NCBI GenBank assembly: GCA_963664395.2
Contig: OY761159.2
Location: forward strand, 4,512,001-4,576,000
Reading direction: 5' to 3'
Source of the DNA: Candidatus Binatia bacterium
Lineage (GTDB): Bacteria > Desulfobacterota > Binatia > Bin18
Length of the DNA stretch: 64,000 nucleotides
The position numbers and the translations under genes are program-made. Under the pieces are notes generated by a model. The model was not told the origin of the DNA. It was given only the letters and a program-made list of their open reading frames with translations, and did no database searches. This document shows positions 10,220 to 19,135 of this stretch, piece after piece; position 1 is the first letter of the stretch, and each line of letters opens with the position of its first letter.

Positions 10220-11467
10220 TTAGACAATGCCCTTTTCTTTGAGGGCCGTCAGTTCTTCCTGGCTCAGCCCGAGCTGCTCACAAAACACCGCCTGATTGTG
10301 CTCGCCAATGAGCGGTGCCCGCGGCCCTTGCCGCCAGTCGCATTCGTTCGGCAGCATGGGTGCGCCCGTATACGTATAGGACTCGCCCAGCTCAGGATGC
10401 TCAACCTGAGAAAATGTGGCGCGGCTTTGCCACTGTACGTCGTCAGGATTTTCTTCCGGCAGCCGAATGGGAGACCAGGGAATACCCAGTTCCTGAGCGT
10501 CATGCCAGATTTCTTCCATGTCAAAGTCGGCCACGCACTCGGCTTGGATAGCGGCAAAATGCTCGGCAAAGACCCGCCCGGTGCGATTCTTGGGTGCTTT
10601 GTATTTTTCTTCGTTCAGGTCGCCGGCTTTGCCTTTGCTCTCCAGAAATCCGACCAGGGCTTCATACCCACCCGGAAACGGATTGGGCAAAATAATGGCA
10701 TAGCGCCCGTCTTTGGTTGGGAACTGCACCTCGGGTCCAATAGCCGGTTGGGCGTGCCGTCCGGTCTGGCGGTAGCACGGCGTCCGGCCATAAATCCAAT
10801 GTGGTACGTCAATCTCAGTGCAGACGCTTACCGCCTGGTGGATGGGTACTTCAATCATCTCTCCGACTTCAGTCATCTCTCGACCAATCAGCGCGCCCAT
10901 AATGGCAATAAAGGCTTGGTTGCCGCTGATGTGATAGGCGTGCCACATCTGTGGCGCGATAGGTGGTGTGTCATAGCTGCCATCTGCTTTGGGACTGTAG
11001 CCACAACACATCATTTGCCCGCCCAGCGCCAGATGGACCAAATCGTTGGCTTTATAGTCACGCCACGGACCACTGCTCCCGAACGGGGGCAGAACAACAT
11101 AAATCAGACGCGGGTTGATTTCCTGAAGGGCCTTCCAGCTCAGCCCAAGTTTTTCAAGCGTCCCCAGCGGCTGGGCGTCAATCAGGACATCCACATCGGC
11201 GATGAGCTGCTTGAGCAGGTCCGTACCCGGAGACGCTTCAATGTCAAGCGTGATGCCACGCTTGCCGAAATTATAATGCCAAAAATACAGACTGCGTTCG
11301 GGCTGGGCCTGGTCGTGATAAAAGGGACCGATCGCCCGCGTAGCCTGCCCGCCCGGCGGCTCGATTTTGAGCACATCAGCGCCAGCCCCGGCCAACAGCT
11401 TGCCACAGAACTCTCCCTTTTCATCCGCGAGTTCCAGGACTTTTACATCAAAGAGAAATCCATCCAT
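10220..11467 (-). CDS. Class III CoA-transferase (CaiB/BaiF family), probable non-catalytic partner subunit
   Basis: VKVLELA..GEFCGKLLA..GADVLKIEPPGG, N.GKRGITLD, PRAPLIGEHN; start could be GTG 11512. Confidence 0.88.
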   Translation of the reverse strand: MDGFLFDVKVLELADEKGEFCGKLLAGAGADVLKIEPPGGQATRAIGPFYHDQAQPERSLYFWHYNFGKRGITLDIEASPGTDLLKQLIADVDVLIDAQPLGTLEKLGLSWKALQEINPRLIYVVLPPFGSSGPWRDYKANDLVHLALGGQMMCCGYSPKADGSYDTPPIAPQMWHAYHISGNQAFIAIMGALIGREMTEVGEMIEVPIHQAVSVCTEIDVPHWIYGRTPCYRQTGRHAQPAIGPEVQFPTKDGRYAIILPNPFPGGYEALVGFLESKGKAGDLNEEKYKAPKNRTGRVFAEHFAAIQAECVADFDMEEIWHDAQELGIPWSPIRLPEENPDDVQWQSRATFSQVEHPELGESYTYTGAPMLPNECDWRQGPRAPLIGEHNQAVFCEQLGLSQEELTALKEKGIV

Positions 11468-11637
11468 AGCGCTGCCCCAGGAAGGAGGGCCAGTGGCCCC
11501 CCCCTCCTTCACTCCCAGGGTTCCCCGAAGTCTCTTGGCAACTCGCTACGAGCTGCCAAGAGGGTGTCAGGAAGACGTGTGTCGTGACACTGGAGTCCTT
11601 TTCCTTTGCACCTCGTTTGATCTCAGTTCGTCAGCCC

Positions 11638-12396
11638 TCATGAGAGGACGAGTTCCTTGTCTTTATGCGAAGCGACCGGAGCAGATGCATGAGCAGGTGC
11701 ATGAGCAGGTGCATGAGCAGGTGCATCGAGAAGCGGTGCTCCGTCACTCTCAAGAATACCCAAGGCAATCGACTTTAACGGTTCCAAATACTCATCGAGC
11801 TTGGCAAAGCTGCTTAAGGCCCAATGCCGCACGGCCCAGGACTGTGCCAGCACTAATAAACAGTGGGCTTTGAGGCGGATATTACCGGCTGGAAATGCGC
11901 CCTGGGCTACACCATAGGCAATGATATCCTCGAAAAAGTGCTGAATCCGTTCTTCGCCCTCAAGGAAGCGCTTCCGTTCCGCAAGCGTCAGCGACTTTGT
12001 TTCCTGATAGGCCAGAACAGTATTACGCCGGAGTTCGTCAGTCAGCACCGCGTACTGCTCGTAGGCACGCAGAAACAGCTCGCGCGGGCTGGCGCCGTCC
12101 TGTTTGAGCCGCTCAAATTCGGCGCGCTGGTTTTGAAACCCGGTCTCAGCCCGGGACTGGCCAAAAGAGAGCAGAAAGAAGAGGACCTCTTCTTTGCTGG
12201 TAAAATAGTTGAAGACCGAGCCGACACTGAGCCCGGCCTTGTGGGCAATCTCGCGGACGCTGGTGTTGTGATAGCCGTTCTGGAGAAAGAGACCGAGGGC
12301 GGCGGCGGCAATGCGCTCCTGCCCTTCTTGCAGCCGCTTTTCGTCGGTCACCTGAGACGGGGATTTGCGTTTTTTTCGTAAGACCTGAGATTTCAC
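11638..12396 (-). CDS. TetR/AcrR family transcriptional regulator
   Basis: RIAAAALGLF..NGYHNTSVREIA.KAGLSVGSVFNYFTSKEEVL helix-turn-helix; divergent from the hyuAB pair. Confidence 0.92.
   Translation of the reverse strand: MKSQVLRKKRKSPSQVTDEKRLQEGQERIAAAALGLFLQNGYHNTSVREIAHKAGLSVGSVFNYFTSKEEVLFFLLSFGQSRAETGFQNQRAEFERLKQDGASPRELFLRAYEQYAVLTDELRRNTVLAYQETKSLTLAERKRFLEGEERIQHFFEDIIAYGVAQGAFPAGNIRLKAHCLLVLAQSWAVRHWALSSFAKLDEYLEPLKSIALGILESDGAPLLDAPAHAPAHAPAHASAPVASHKDKELVLS
11686..11726. repeat. 12-bp tandem repeat x3 (TGCATGAGCAGG) encoding an APAH-repeat tail of TetR
   Basis: Direct reading; protein DAPAHAPAHAPAHASAP. Confidence 0.9.
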
Positions 12397-12442
12397 TCGC
12401 GAGGACCTTTCTCCGGCGTCCGACGTACAGGATAAACTGAGT

Positions 12443-12454
12443 GAATGTTCATTC
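12443..12454. promoter_or_regulatory. Putative TetR operator (GAATG-TT-CATTC) in the divergent promoter region
   Basis: Short palindrome between tetR and hyuA; TTGACA on the minus strand at 12483..12488. Confidence 0.45.
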
Positions 12455-12528
12455 CAAACTCATACGATACGCTCCAGTCTTTTGTCAAGGCGAAAGAAAC
12501 TCGCTAGAGTAGCCTCCAGGAGCTACAC

Positions 12529-14607
12529 ATGAGACTCATTGGAGTTGACGTAGGCGGGACGTTCACAGACGCCGTCTGTGCAGACACCGAGACTGATCGT
12601 CTGGCAATCCATAAAGTGCCAACCTCCTCGGACGATCCTTCCGTTGGGGTCATGCGCGCGATTACCGAGCTGTGCCAACACCAGACCATTCCGCTCGATA
12701 GCATTGCCCTCATCTACCACGGCACCACGATCGCGACCAATGCCTTGCTGGAATATAAGGGCGCGACTGCCGGCATGATTACCACCCAGGGCTACCGCGA
12801 CATTCTCCACATCGGTCGCCACCAACGGCCGCATCACTACTCCATCCAGCAGGAGATTCCCTGGCAAGATCGTCCCCTGGTACGCCGCCGCTATCGCAAG
12901 GGCGTGCCGGAGCGACTCATTCCGCCGCATGGCGAGGTCCTGATTCCGCTCGATGAAGCCGCGGTCCGTCAGGCGGCGCGTGAGCTGAAAGACGCCAAGG
13001 TCGAATCCATCGCGGTCTGTTTTTTATTTTCGTACTTGAACGCCCGGCATGAAAATCGCGCCCGCGAGATAATTCTCGAAGAATACCCGGGGGTCTTTGT
13101 CACCACCTCAGCTTCACTCTCGCCCCAGTTCCGGGAGTTTGAACGTTTTACGACGACGGCCATTAACGCCTTTATCGGACCCAACGTCCAAGGCTATATT
13201 TCTCAATTGGAACAGCGCTTACGCACCACAGGGATTAGGGCAGAGCTGCGTATTATTCGCTCCAACGGCGGACTCGCCACGCCACGGGTGATCGCGCAAA
13301 AACCCGCCCTGACCCTGCTGTCCGGCCCGGCCGCAGGCGTACTCGGAGGAGCCTGGACAGGAGAGCGTTCGCAGCGCAGCCGACTCATTACCTTTGATGT
13401 GGGCGGCACCAGCGCTGATATTGGCGTGGTGACGGACGGGCAGTTCAGCGAAGCCACTGCCCGCGATACCTGGATAGCCGGCTATCCGGTTTTGGTCCCG
13501 ATGATCGACATCCATACCATCGGCGCCGGCGGCGGGAGTATCGCCCATATTGATCCGGGCGGAGGCTTTCGGGTCGGACCGCACAGTGCCGGCTCCCAGC
13601 CGGGCCCGGCTGCGTATGGCCGTGGGGGGACTCAGCCGACTGTCACAGACGCCAACATTCTCCTTGGTCGGCTGGACACGCAGAATTTTCTCGGCGGTGC
13701 CATGGCGCTTGATGAGGAGTCCGCCAGACGGGCCATTCATACCCTGGCAGAGCAGCTTACGCTTTCCGACCTGGAAGCGGCGGAAGGGATTGTCACCATT
13801 CTGAACAGCAATATGGCCAACGCCATACGCTCCCGCACCGTGCAAAAAGGCATTGACCCACGAGAGTACGCGCTGGTTGCCTTTGGTGGAGCAGGACCAC
13901 TTCATGGCGCAGAGGTTGCACGCCTGCTGGGAATTCCCGAGTGCATTATTCCACCCTACCCCGGCATCACCTCGGCCGTCGGGCTGCTCACCACTGATGT
14001 GAAGTACGACGCGATTCGGACCGCCTTTCAGGTCTCGACTGATTTTGATGTGCCCCGGCTCAATGCGGCCTTTACGGACATGCAGGACGAATTGCAGCGA
14101 CAGTTTACTGCTGATGGCACAGCACTGTCTCGGGTCAGCTTTGAGCGTTTTGCTGATGTCCGCTACGTCGGCCAGGGGTATGAGCTGCGGGTCGCTGTTC
14201 CCCAGGGTCAACTCGATATACCCGCACTTGACAGCGTCATCGACCGCTTTCATCGTCAGCACGAGTTGGAGTATGGTCATTTCTTTGTGGACAGCCCGAT
14301 TGAAATCGTGACCATACGCGTAGTCGGAATCGGTCAGGCGCAGAAAATCCGCGCCGCGTCTGCATCCAACTCCGGCTCGCTTCAGGCCGCGCTGGTCAAA
14401 ACCCAGCCGTCTGTGTTTCGGGTTCACACCGAGCTGCGCAGTCTGGACACGGCCTTCTACCGGCGTGAACGGCTCCCAGTGGATGAGGTGGTTGCCGGCC
14501 CGGCGGTCATCTTACAGATAGACTCAACAACCGTTATTCCGCCGGATTGTACCTTTCAGCTTGACACCCACGGAAATCTACTCATTCAGATAGGAGGGGC
14601 AGCATGA
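12529..14607 (+). CDS. hyuA: ATP-dependent hydantoinase A/oxoprolinase subunit (N-methylhydantoinase A-like)
   Basis: DVGGTFTD, HGTTIATNA, SGPAAG, DVGGTS, GAGGGS, PGPAAYGRGG, FGGAGPLH; AGGAG RBS. Confidence 0.93.
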   Translation: MRLIGVDVGGTFTDAVCADTETDRLAIHKVPTSSDDPSVGVMRAITELCQHQTIPLDSIALIYHGTTIATNALLEYKGATAGMITTQGYRDILHIGRHQRPHHYSIQQEIPWQDRPLVRRRYRKGVPERLIPPHGEVLIPLDEAAVRQAARELKDAKVESIAVCFLFSYLNARHENRAREIILEEYPGVFVTTSASLSPQFREFERFTTTAINAFIGPNVQGYISQLEQRLRTTGIRAELRIIRSNGGLATPRVIAQKPALTLLSGPAAGVLGGAWTGERSQRSRLITFDVGGTSADIGVVTDGQFSEATARDTWIAGYPVLVPMIDIHTIGAGGGSIAHIDPGGGFRVGPHSAGSQPGPAAYGRGGTQPTVTDANILLGRLDTQNFLGGAMALDEESARRAIHTLAEQLTLSDLEAAEGIVTILNSNMANAIRSRTVQKGIDPREYALVAFGGAGPLHGAEVARLLGIPECIIPPYPGITSAVGLLTTDVKYDAIRTAFQVSTDFDVPRLNAAFTDMQDELQRQFTADGTALSRVSFERFADVRYVGQGYELRVAVPQGQLDIPALDSVIDRFHRQHELEYGHFFVDSPIEIVTIRVVGIGQAQKIRAASASNSGSLQAALVKTQPSVFRVHTELRSLDTAFYRRERLPVDEVVAGPAVILQIDSTTVIPPDCTFQLDTHGNLLIQIGGAA

Positions 14608-16406
14608 GGACCCCGGTAGACAAGGCGCCCGAGGGCCACGGTGTTGATCCGATTACGGCCAGTGTCATCCTGGGAGCGCTGGAGAATATTGCGGTTGAGA
14701 TGGGCTATAAGCTCATGCGCATGTCGTATTCGAGTATTATTCGTGAGTCTGAGGATTTCGGCACCGCCTTGGTCAACGCGCGCGGCGAACAACTATGTGA
14801 ATCCAAACAGAGCACGCCCCTTCAGTCCGGTCCTATTCCCGGCTATGTGCGGGGGATGCTCGACGCGCTCGCCAAGCGGGGAGAGTCCATACTACCCGGC
14901 GACGTCATCATGCATAACGACCCGTATGGCGGCGCCAGCCATGGCCCGGATGTCGGGTTTGGGGTGCCGGTTTTCTACCAGGATGAGTTCGTCGGTTTCT
15001 CCGTCACTACGGCCCACCATCTCGATATTGGCTGTCAGACACCGGGCAGCACCGGCATTGTTGAGGCGTTTGATGCCTATGCCGAGGGTCTGCAATTCAA
15101 GGCGATCAAGGTGTTTGAGCAGGGAAAGCGGAATGCCGCGGTGTGGCAGTTGTTGCGCGACAATATCCGCATCTCCGATCTTGTAGTTGGCGATATGGAG
15201 GCCCAGATAGCAGCCTGTCGCATTGGTGCGCAGCGTTATATCGAACTCATCGAGCGCTACGGGCTCCAAACGGTCGAAGCCGCCTGTGCCTCCTTGTTTG
15301 ATTACTCTGAGCGCCTGATGCGGCAGGCTATCGAACAGATTCCGGACGGCAGCTATGCCGCCACCGGCCATATGGATGGCTATATCGATGATCCCAGTCC
15401 GAGTCGTCGCAACCTGCCCATCTGTGTGACGCTGACGATCAGCGGCTCGGAGCTGCGCGTAGACTTGACCGGCACCGCGCCGCAGGTGTCGGACCGGCCC
15501 ATCAACATGCCGCGGGTTGGCACGGTTGATGTTGCCATTTGGCTGGTGCTGCGCTCGGTCCTGCTCGACACTGAGGTCTACGGCGATCTGCCGCAAAATG
15601 CCGGCCTCTACCGGCCGATTAAGATCATTGCGCCCCGCGGCACACTGGCGAATCCTATTTTTCCCGCACCGACCATCGCCCGCTTTGTTACCGGCAATGT
15701 CTTAAGCGATACCGTCATGAAAGCCCTGGCCCAAGCCGTCCCACGCCAAGTCAGTGCCGGCATAGGGAATCTCAAGGCCATTGCCTCAAGCGGGATGCGG
15801 AACAACAACACTCCCTGGGTGCATTTGGAAATTTTTGAAGGCAGCTATGGAGGTCGGTACGGGCACGACGGTATGGACACCGTGGATACGCTGTATGCCA
15901 ACACCCGGAATAATCCGATTGAAGACGTTGAGTCACATGTGCCGCTGCGGGTCGAACGCTACGAGTTACGCGAGGATGCGTGTGCTGCCGGGCAATGGCG
16001 GGGCGGTATGGGATCAATTAAGGAGTTGCACTATCTGACTGACGGTGGCACTTCCGTTGAAGCCGATGGTTTTGTCTATGGTGCCTGGGGTTTTGACGGC
16101 GGCGGCACGGGCATCCCCGGCACCTTGACTTTGAAGACCCTGAATGACGAAGAAATCGCCCTGCCCTCAAAGGTTCCCTATCGCAGCGTCAAAGCCGGAG
16201 AGCGCTTAATTACCATTGGTGCCACCGGCGGTGGCTACGGCGATCCCCTGCTGCGCGACCCGCAGCAGGTCCTGGAGGATGTGTTGGACGAGTACTACAC
16301 CCGAGACACCGCCCGGCGCGGATATGGCGTCGTGATTACTGAGGATATGCGGTTGGACCGTGAGGGGACGGAGCAGCTTCGGCGCGAGCGGAAGACAGGC
16401 TCATGA
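14604..16406 (+). CDS. hyuB: Hydantoinase B/oxoprolinase subunit (N-methylhydantoinase B-like)
   Basis: SYSSIIRESEDF, HNDPYGGASHGPD, HHLDIG, EGLQ, GGGYGDP; ATGA overlap with hyuA. Confidence 0.93.
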   Translation: MRTPVDKAPEGHGVDPITASVILGALENIAVEMGYKLMRMSYSSIIRESEDFGTALVNARGEQLCESKQSTPLQSGPIPGYVRGMLDALAKRGESILPGDVIMHNDPYGGASHGPDVGFGVPVFYQDEFVGFSVTTAHHLDIGCQTPGSTGIVEAFDAYAEGLQFKAIKVFEQGKRNAAVWQLLRDNIRISDLVVGDMEAQIAACRIGAQRYIELIERYGLQTVEAACASLFDYSERLMRQAIEQIPDGSYAATGHMDGYIDDPSPSRRNLPICVTLTISGSELRVDLTGTAPQVSDRPINMPRVGTVDVAIWLVLRSVLLDTEVYGDLPQNAGLYRPIKIIAPRGTLANPIFPAPTIARFVTGNVLSDTVMKALAQAVPRQVSAGIGNLKAIASSGMRNNNTPWVHLEIFEGSYGGRYGHDGMDTVDTLYANTRNNPIEDVESHVPLRVERYELREDACAAGQWRGGMGSIKELHYLTDGGTSVEADGFVYGAWGFDGGGTGIPGTLTLKTLNDEEIALPSKVPYRSVKAGERLITIGATGGGYGDPLLRDPQQVLEDVLDEYYTRDTARRGYGVVITEDMRLDREGTEQLRRERKTGS

Positions 16407-16589
16407 GGGTACGGGGATGCCGAGTTGCTTACAAATCCGCGCAGCCGTGAATTCGGGAATCTCACGATGGCGCGGAACCGAAGTCCGGCGATTGGTTGCC
16501 GGATTCTCCCAGATCGAATGTTCTCCCCCTTCCCGCACGAACCGACATCCGTGTTGACTCAAATGTCTCAGCAGATCGCGCCGTTTCAT
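16401..16589 (-). CDS. hicA: HicA family toxin (mRNA interferase)
   Basis: MKRRDLLRHL..HGC.FVREGG.HSIW.NP...TSVPRHREI....A..ICKQLGI; catalytic GxH present. Confidence 0.92.
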   Translation of the reverse strand: MKRRDLLRHLSQHGCRFVREGGEHSIWENPATNRRTSVPRHREIPEFTAARICKQLGIPVPS

Positions 16590-16870
16590 GGTGCAGGCGA
16601 CTGAGGAACGATTCTGACATGAGACGCCGCAGTCAACAGCAGATGAATAGGCTCTTCTATGTCAGCCTCCGGATCAGTCAATGAGGGGTCGGGCTGGGGT
16701 AAAGGCTCACCCCGCAGCAGATTCGTCTCGGCCATGTCCGCCAGTGCGCTTGCCAGTAAGCGTCGGGCTTCCTCCAGGGTGGCACCACAAGTGATCGTAC
16801 CCGGAAAATCCAACACTTCGGCATGGACCCCTTGATCGAGGAATTTATACAGGGCTTTATACGTCAGCAT
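16586..16870 (-). CDS. hicB: HicB family antitoxin (short, no evident DNA-binding domain)
   Basis: AEVLDFPGTITCGATLEEARRLL..AL...GEPLPQP; ATGA overlap with hicA. Confidence 0.88.
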   Translation of the reverse strand: MLTYKALYKFLDQGVHAEVLDFPGTITCGATLEEARRLLASALADMAETNLLRGEPLPQPDPSLTDPEADIEEPIHLLLTAASHVRIVPQSPAP

Positions 16871-17024
16871 ATTTTATTCGCTATAGAGGGTGAGATTGAT
16901 TGATGTACTATATCAAAAACGTACTCTCAAGATATTCCGGTAACAAGGAACTCGTTGACTTTGTGCTTCTCTATGGACTTTCACACATTTCCGTGAGATA
17001 GCCTTTTCCCATAAGGATACGCCC

Positions 17025-18251
17025 ATGCAACTCAATCACGCCCGCCTGCTGAACAGCCTCACACAACTCGCCCAATTCGGAAAAGTCGGTACCGGGGTGA
17101 ATCGGCTTTCCTTTACGCCTGAAGACCGAGCCGCGCGGCAGTGGTTGTTAGAACAGATGCGCGAGGCCGGACTTGATGCTGAGATCGACGGGATTGGGAA
17201 TGTGTACGGGCGGGCACGCGGTGTGGACACAGCCGTGCTGATTGGCTCGCATACCGACTCGGTTCCGAAAGGCGGCTGGCTGGATGGTGCGATGGGAGTG
17301 CTGTACGGCCTGGAGGTCGCCCGGGCGCGAAATGAATCGAATGCCCTGCCCGGCCTCGGCGTTGACGTGATCTCCTTTGCCGATGAAGAAGGCAGCTACC
17401 GGGCGCTGGCCGGCAGCCTTTCTTTTTGCGGCGAGTTGTCGGACGCGGATATTGAAAGCGCGAAAAATACGCACGGCGTCTCACTCAAACACGCACTGAC
17501 TGAAGCCGGGTACGCCGGACAACCACGAGCCCGGATCGATCCGAGTCGGCATATGGCCTATTTTGAAGGCCATATTGAACAAGGTCCGCGTCTTGAGGTG
17601 GAAGCGCAAAAAATCGGCATCGTCACCACCATAGTCGGCATTCGCCGCAGCCGCATCACTTGTACCGGGCAGGCAGATCATGCCGGGACAACGCCCATGC
17701 ACTTGCGCAAAGACGCCGGTGCCGTCCTGATTCGGATTTGTGCCGAGCTGCTCGATCGGTTTGTGCGTGCCGGCAGCGAGCTGAGCGTGTGGAACCTGGG
17801 CCATATTATTTTTGAACCGGGTGCCGGCAATGTCGTGCCAAGTTCGGCCCAGGTCCTGGTCGAGTTCCGCGACCCTCAACCGGAAGTGCTTGATCGTCTG
17901 GAATCTGAAATCAATGCTGCGGTCGCTGCGTTTCATGGACACCAGGGCGTTACCGCTGAGGTGGCCCATCTGCTGAGCATAGCCCCGGCGGATATGGATG
18001 CCGTCCTCGTCGATAGCATTGAAAACGCGACCCGGCAGCGAGCCGTTCCGGCCCTGCGTATGCCCAGCGGAGCCGGACATGATGCCATGGTCCTGAGTCG
18101 GCATGTCGCAACCGCCATGCTCTTCATCCCCAGCATCGGCGGTCGTAGTCATGATGTAGCGGAGAACACCAGTGAAGAAGATATCTGTCTGGGCGCAGAT
18201 ATTCTGGCTGACACGGTTGAGATATTGGCCCGGCAGAAAGGACTGGCATGA
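17025..18251 (+). CDS. M20 Zn amidohydrolase, N-carbamoyl-L-amino-acid hydrolase/allantoate amidohydrolase family
   Basis: GSHTDSVPKGGWLDG, FADEEG, HIEQGP, HAGTTPM, SGAGHDA. Confidence 0.9.
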   Translation: MQLNHARLLNSLTQLAQFGKVGTGVNRLSFTPEDRAARQWLLEQMREAGLDAEIDGIGNVYGRARGVDTAVLIGSHTDSVPKGGWLDGAMGVLYGLEVARARNESNALPGLGVDVISFADEEGSYRALAGSLSFCGELSDADIESAKNTHGVSLKHALTEAGYAGQPRARIDPSRHMAYFEGHIEQGPRLEVEAQKIGIVTTIVGIRRSRITCTGQADHAGTTPMHLRKDAGAVLIRICAELLDRFVRAGSELSVWNLGHIIFEPGAGNVVPSSAQVLVEFRDPQPEVLDRLESEINAAVAAFHGHQGVTAEVAHLLSIAPADMDAVLVDSIENATRQRAVPALRMPSGAGHDAMVLSRHVATAMLFIPSIGGRSHDVAENTSEEDICLGADILADTVEILARQKGLA

Positions 18252-18982
18252 AGATCAAGGTTATCAACCCCAACACGTCCATGGAAATGACACATGCCAT
18301 TCATGCCGCAGCCCAATCCGTGGCAAGGCCGGGAACGGACATTGTTTCCGTCAGCCCTGCCTTTGGCCCTGCTTCTATTGAGTCCTATTACGACGACTAC
18401 CTGAGCATTCCCGGTCTGCTCGAAGAGATTCGGACCGGCGACACGGACGGGTACGACGCCTACATCATCGCCTGTTATGGCGACCCGGGTTTACACGCGG
18501 CGCGCGAATTAACCACCAAGCCGGTTGTCGGCATAGCCGAAGCCTCATTGTATATGGCGTCTATGCTGGCGGCGCGATTCTCTATTGTGACCGTGATTCC
18601 GCGTACACGGACCATGCTCGAAGAAATGGTCGCCGGCTACGGCTTTCGTGAGAAAGTTGTGAGTATCCGCACCTCTCCACTGTATGTGCTTGATGTGGAA
18701 AAAGACCCGGCCGGGGCGCTCGAAAAGCTGCGTATCGAAGCACGCCGGGCGCGGGACGAAGACGATGCCGAGGCCATTTTACTCGGCTGCGCCGGGTTTA
18801 CGCAGTTTGCGGATAATCTGGAGCAAGAACTCGAAATACCAGTCCTTGACGGTGTGGTATGCGCCGTCAAGATGGCCGAGTCTCTGGTCGAATTAGGCAA
18901 AACCACCAGCAAGTATAAAACCTACCGCCCACCGGAACGCAAAGCCTACAGCGGTATCTTCGAGCATTTTGGCCGGGCATAG
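18248..18982 (+). CDS. Hydantoin/allantoin racemase (Asp/Glu racemase family)
   Basis: IKVINPNTS..MT, IACYGDPG, VVGIAEAS, LGCAGF (two catalytic Cys). Confidence 0.9.
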   Translation: MKIKVINPNTSMEMTHAIHAAAQSVARPGTDIVSVSPAFGPASIESYYDDYLSIPGLLEEIRTGDTDGYDAYIIACYGDPGLHAARELTTKPVVGIAEASLYMASMLAARFSIVTVIPRTRTMLEEMVAGYGFREKVVSIRTSPLYVLDVEKDPAGALEKLRIEARRARDEDDAEAILLGCAGFTQFADNLEQELEIPVLDGVVCAVKMAESLVELGKTTSKYKTYRPPERKAYSGIFEHFGRA

Positions 18983-19015
18983 AGCCCATTCGGTAATACC
19001 TCCGTTTGTATTTCT

Positions 19016-19128
19016 CCCCTCACCCCAGCCCTCTCCCTCCAGGGGAGAGGGAGCAGGTATTTCCTGGCAGAGCGAGGGTAGTTTATTCGACGAGCCCCGC
19101 AGGTCGGATTAGCGGAGCGTAATCCGAC
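19016..19128. repeat. Composite REP-like element between convergent genes
   Basis: cccctcaccccagccctctccctccaggggagagggag (19016..19053) and gtcggattagcggagcgtaatccgac (19103..19128). Confidence 0.7.
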
Positions 19129-19135
19129 AGCCCCA

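Noticed and set aside
10214-11587. 457-aa plus-strand ORF
   Set aside because: Antisense shadow of the CoA-transferase gene.
11686-11726. Short direct repeats as a possible CRISPR array
   Set aside because: Contiguous 12-bp units with no spacers, in frame within a CDS, and no cas genes in the window.
13219-14427. 402-aa minus-strand ORF
   Set aside because: Antisense shadow of hyuA.
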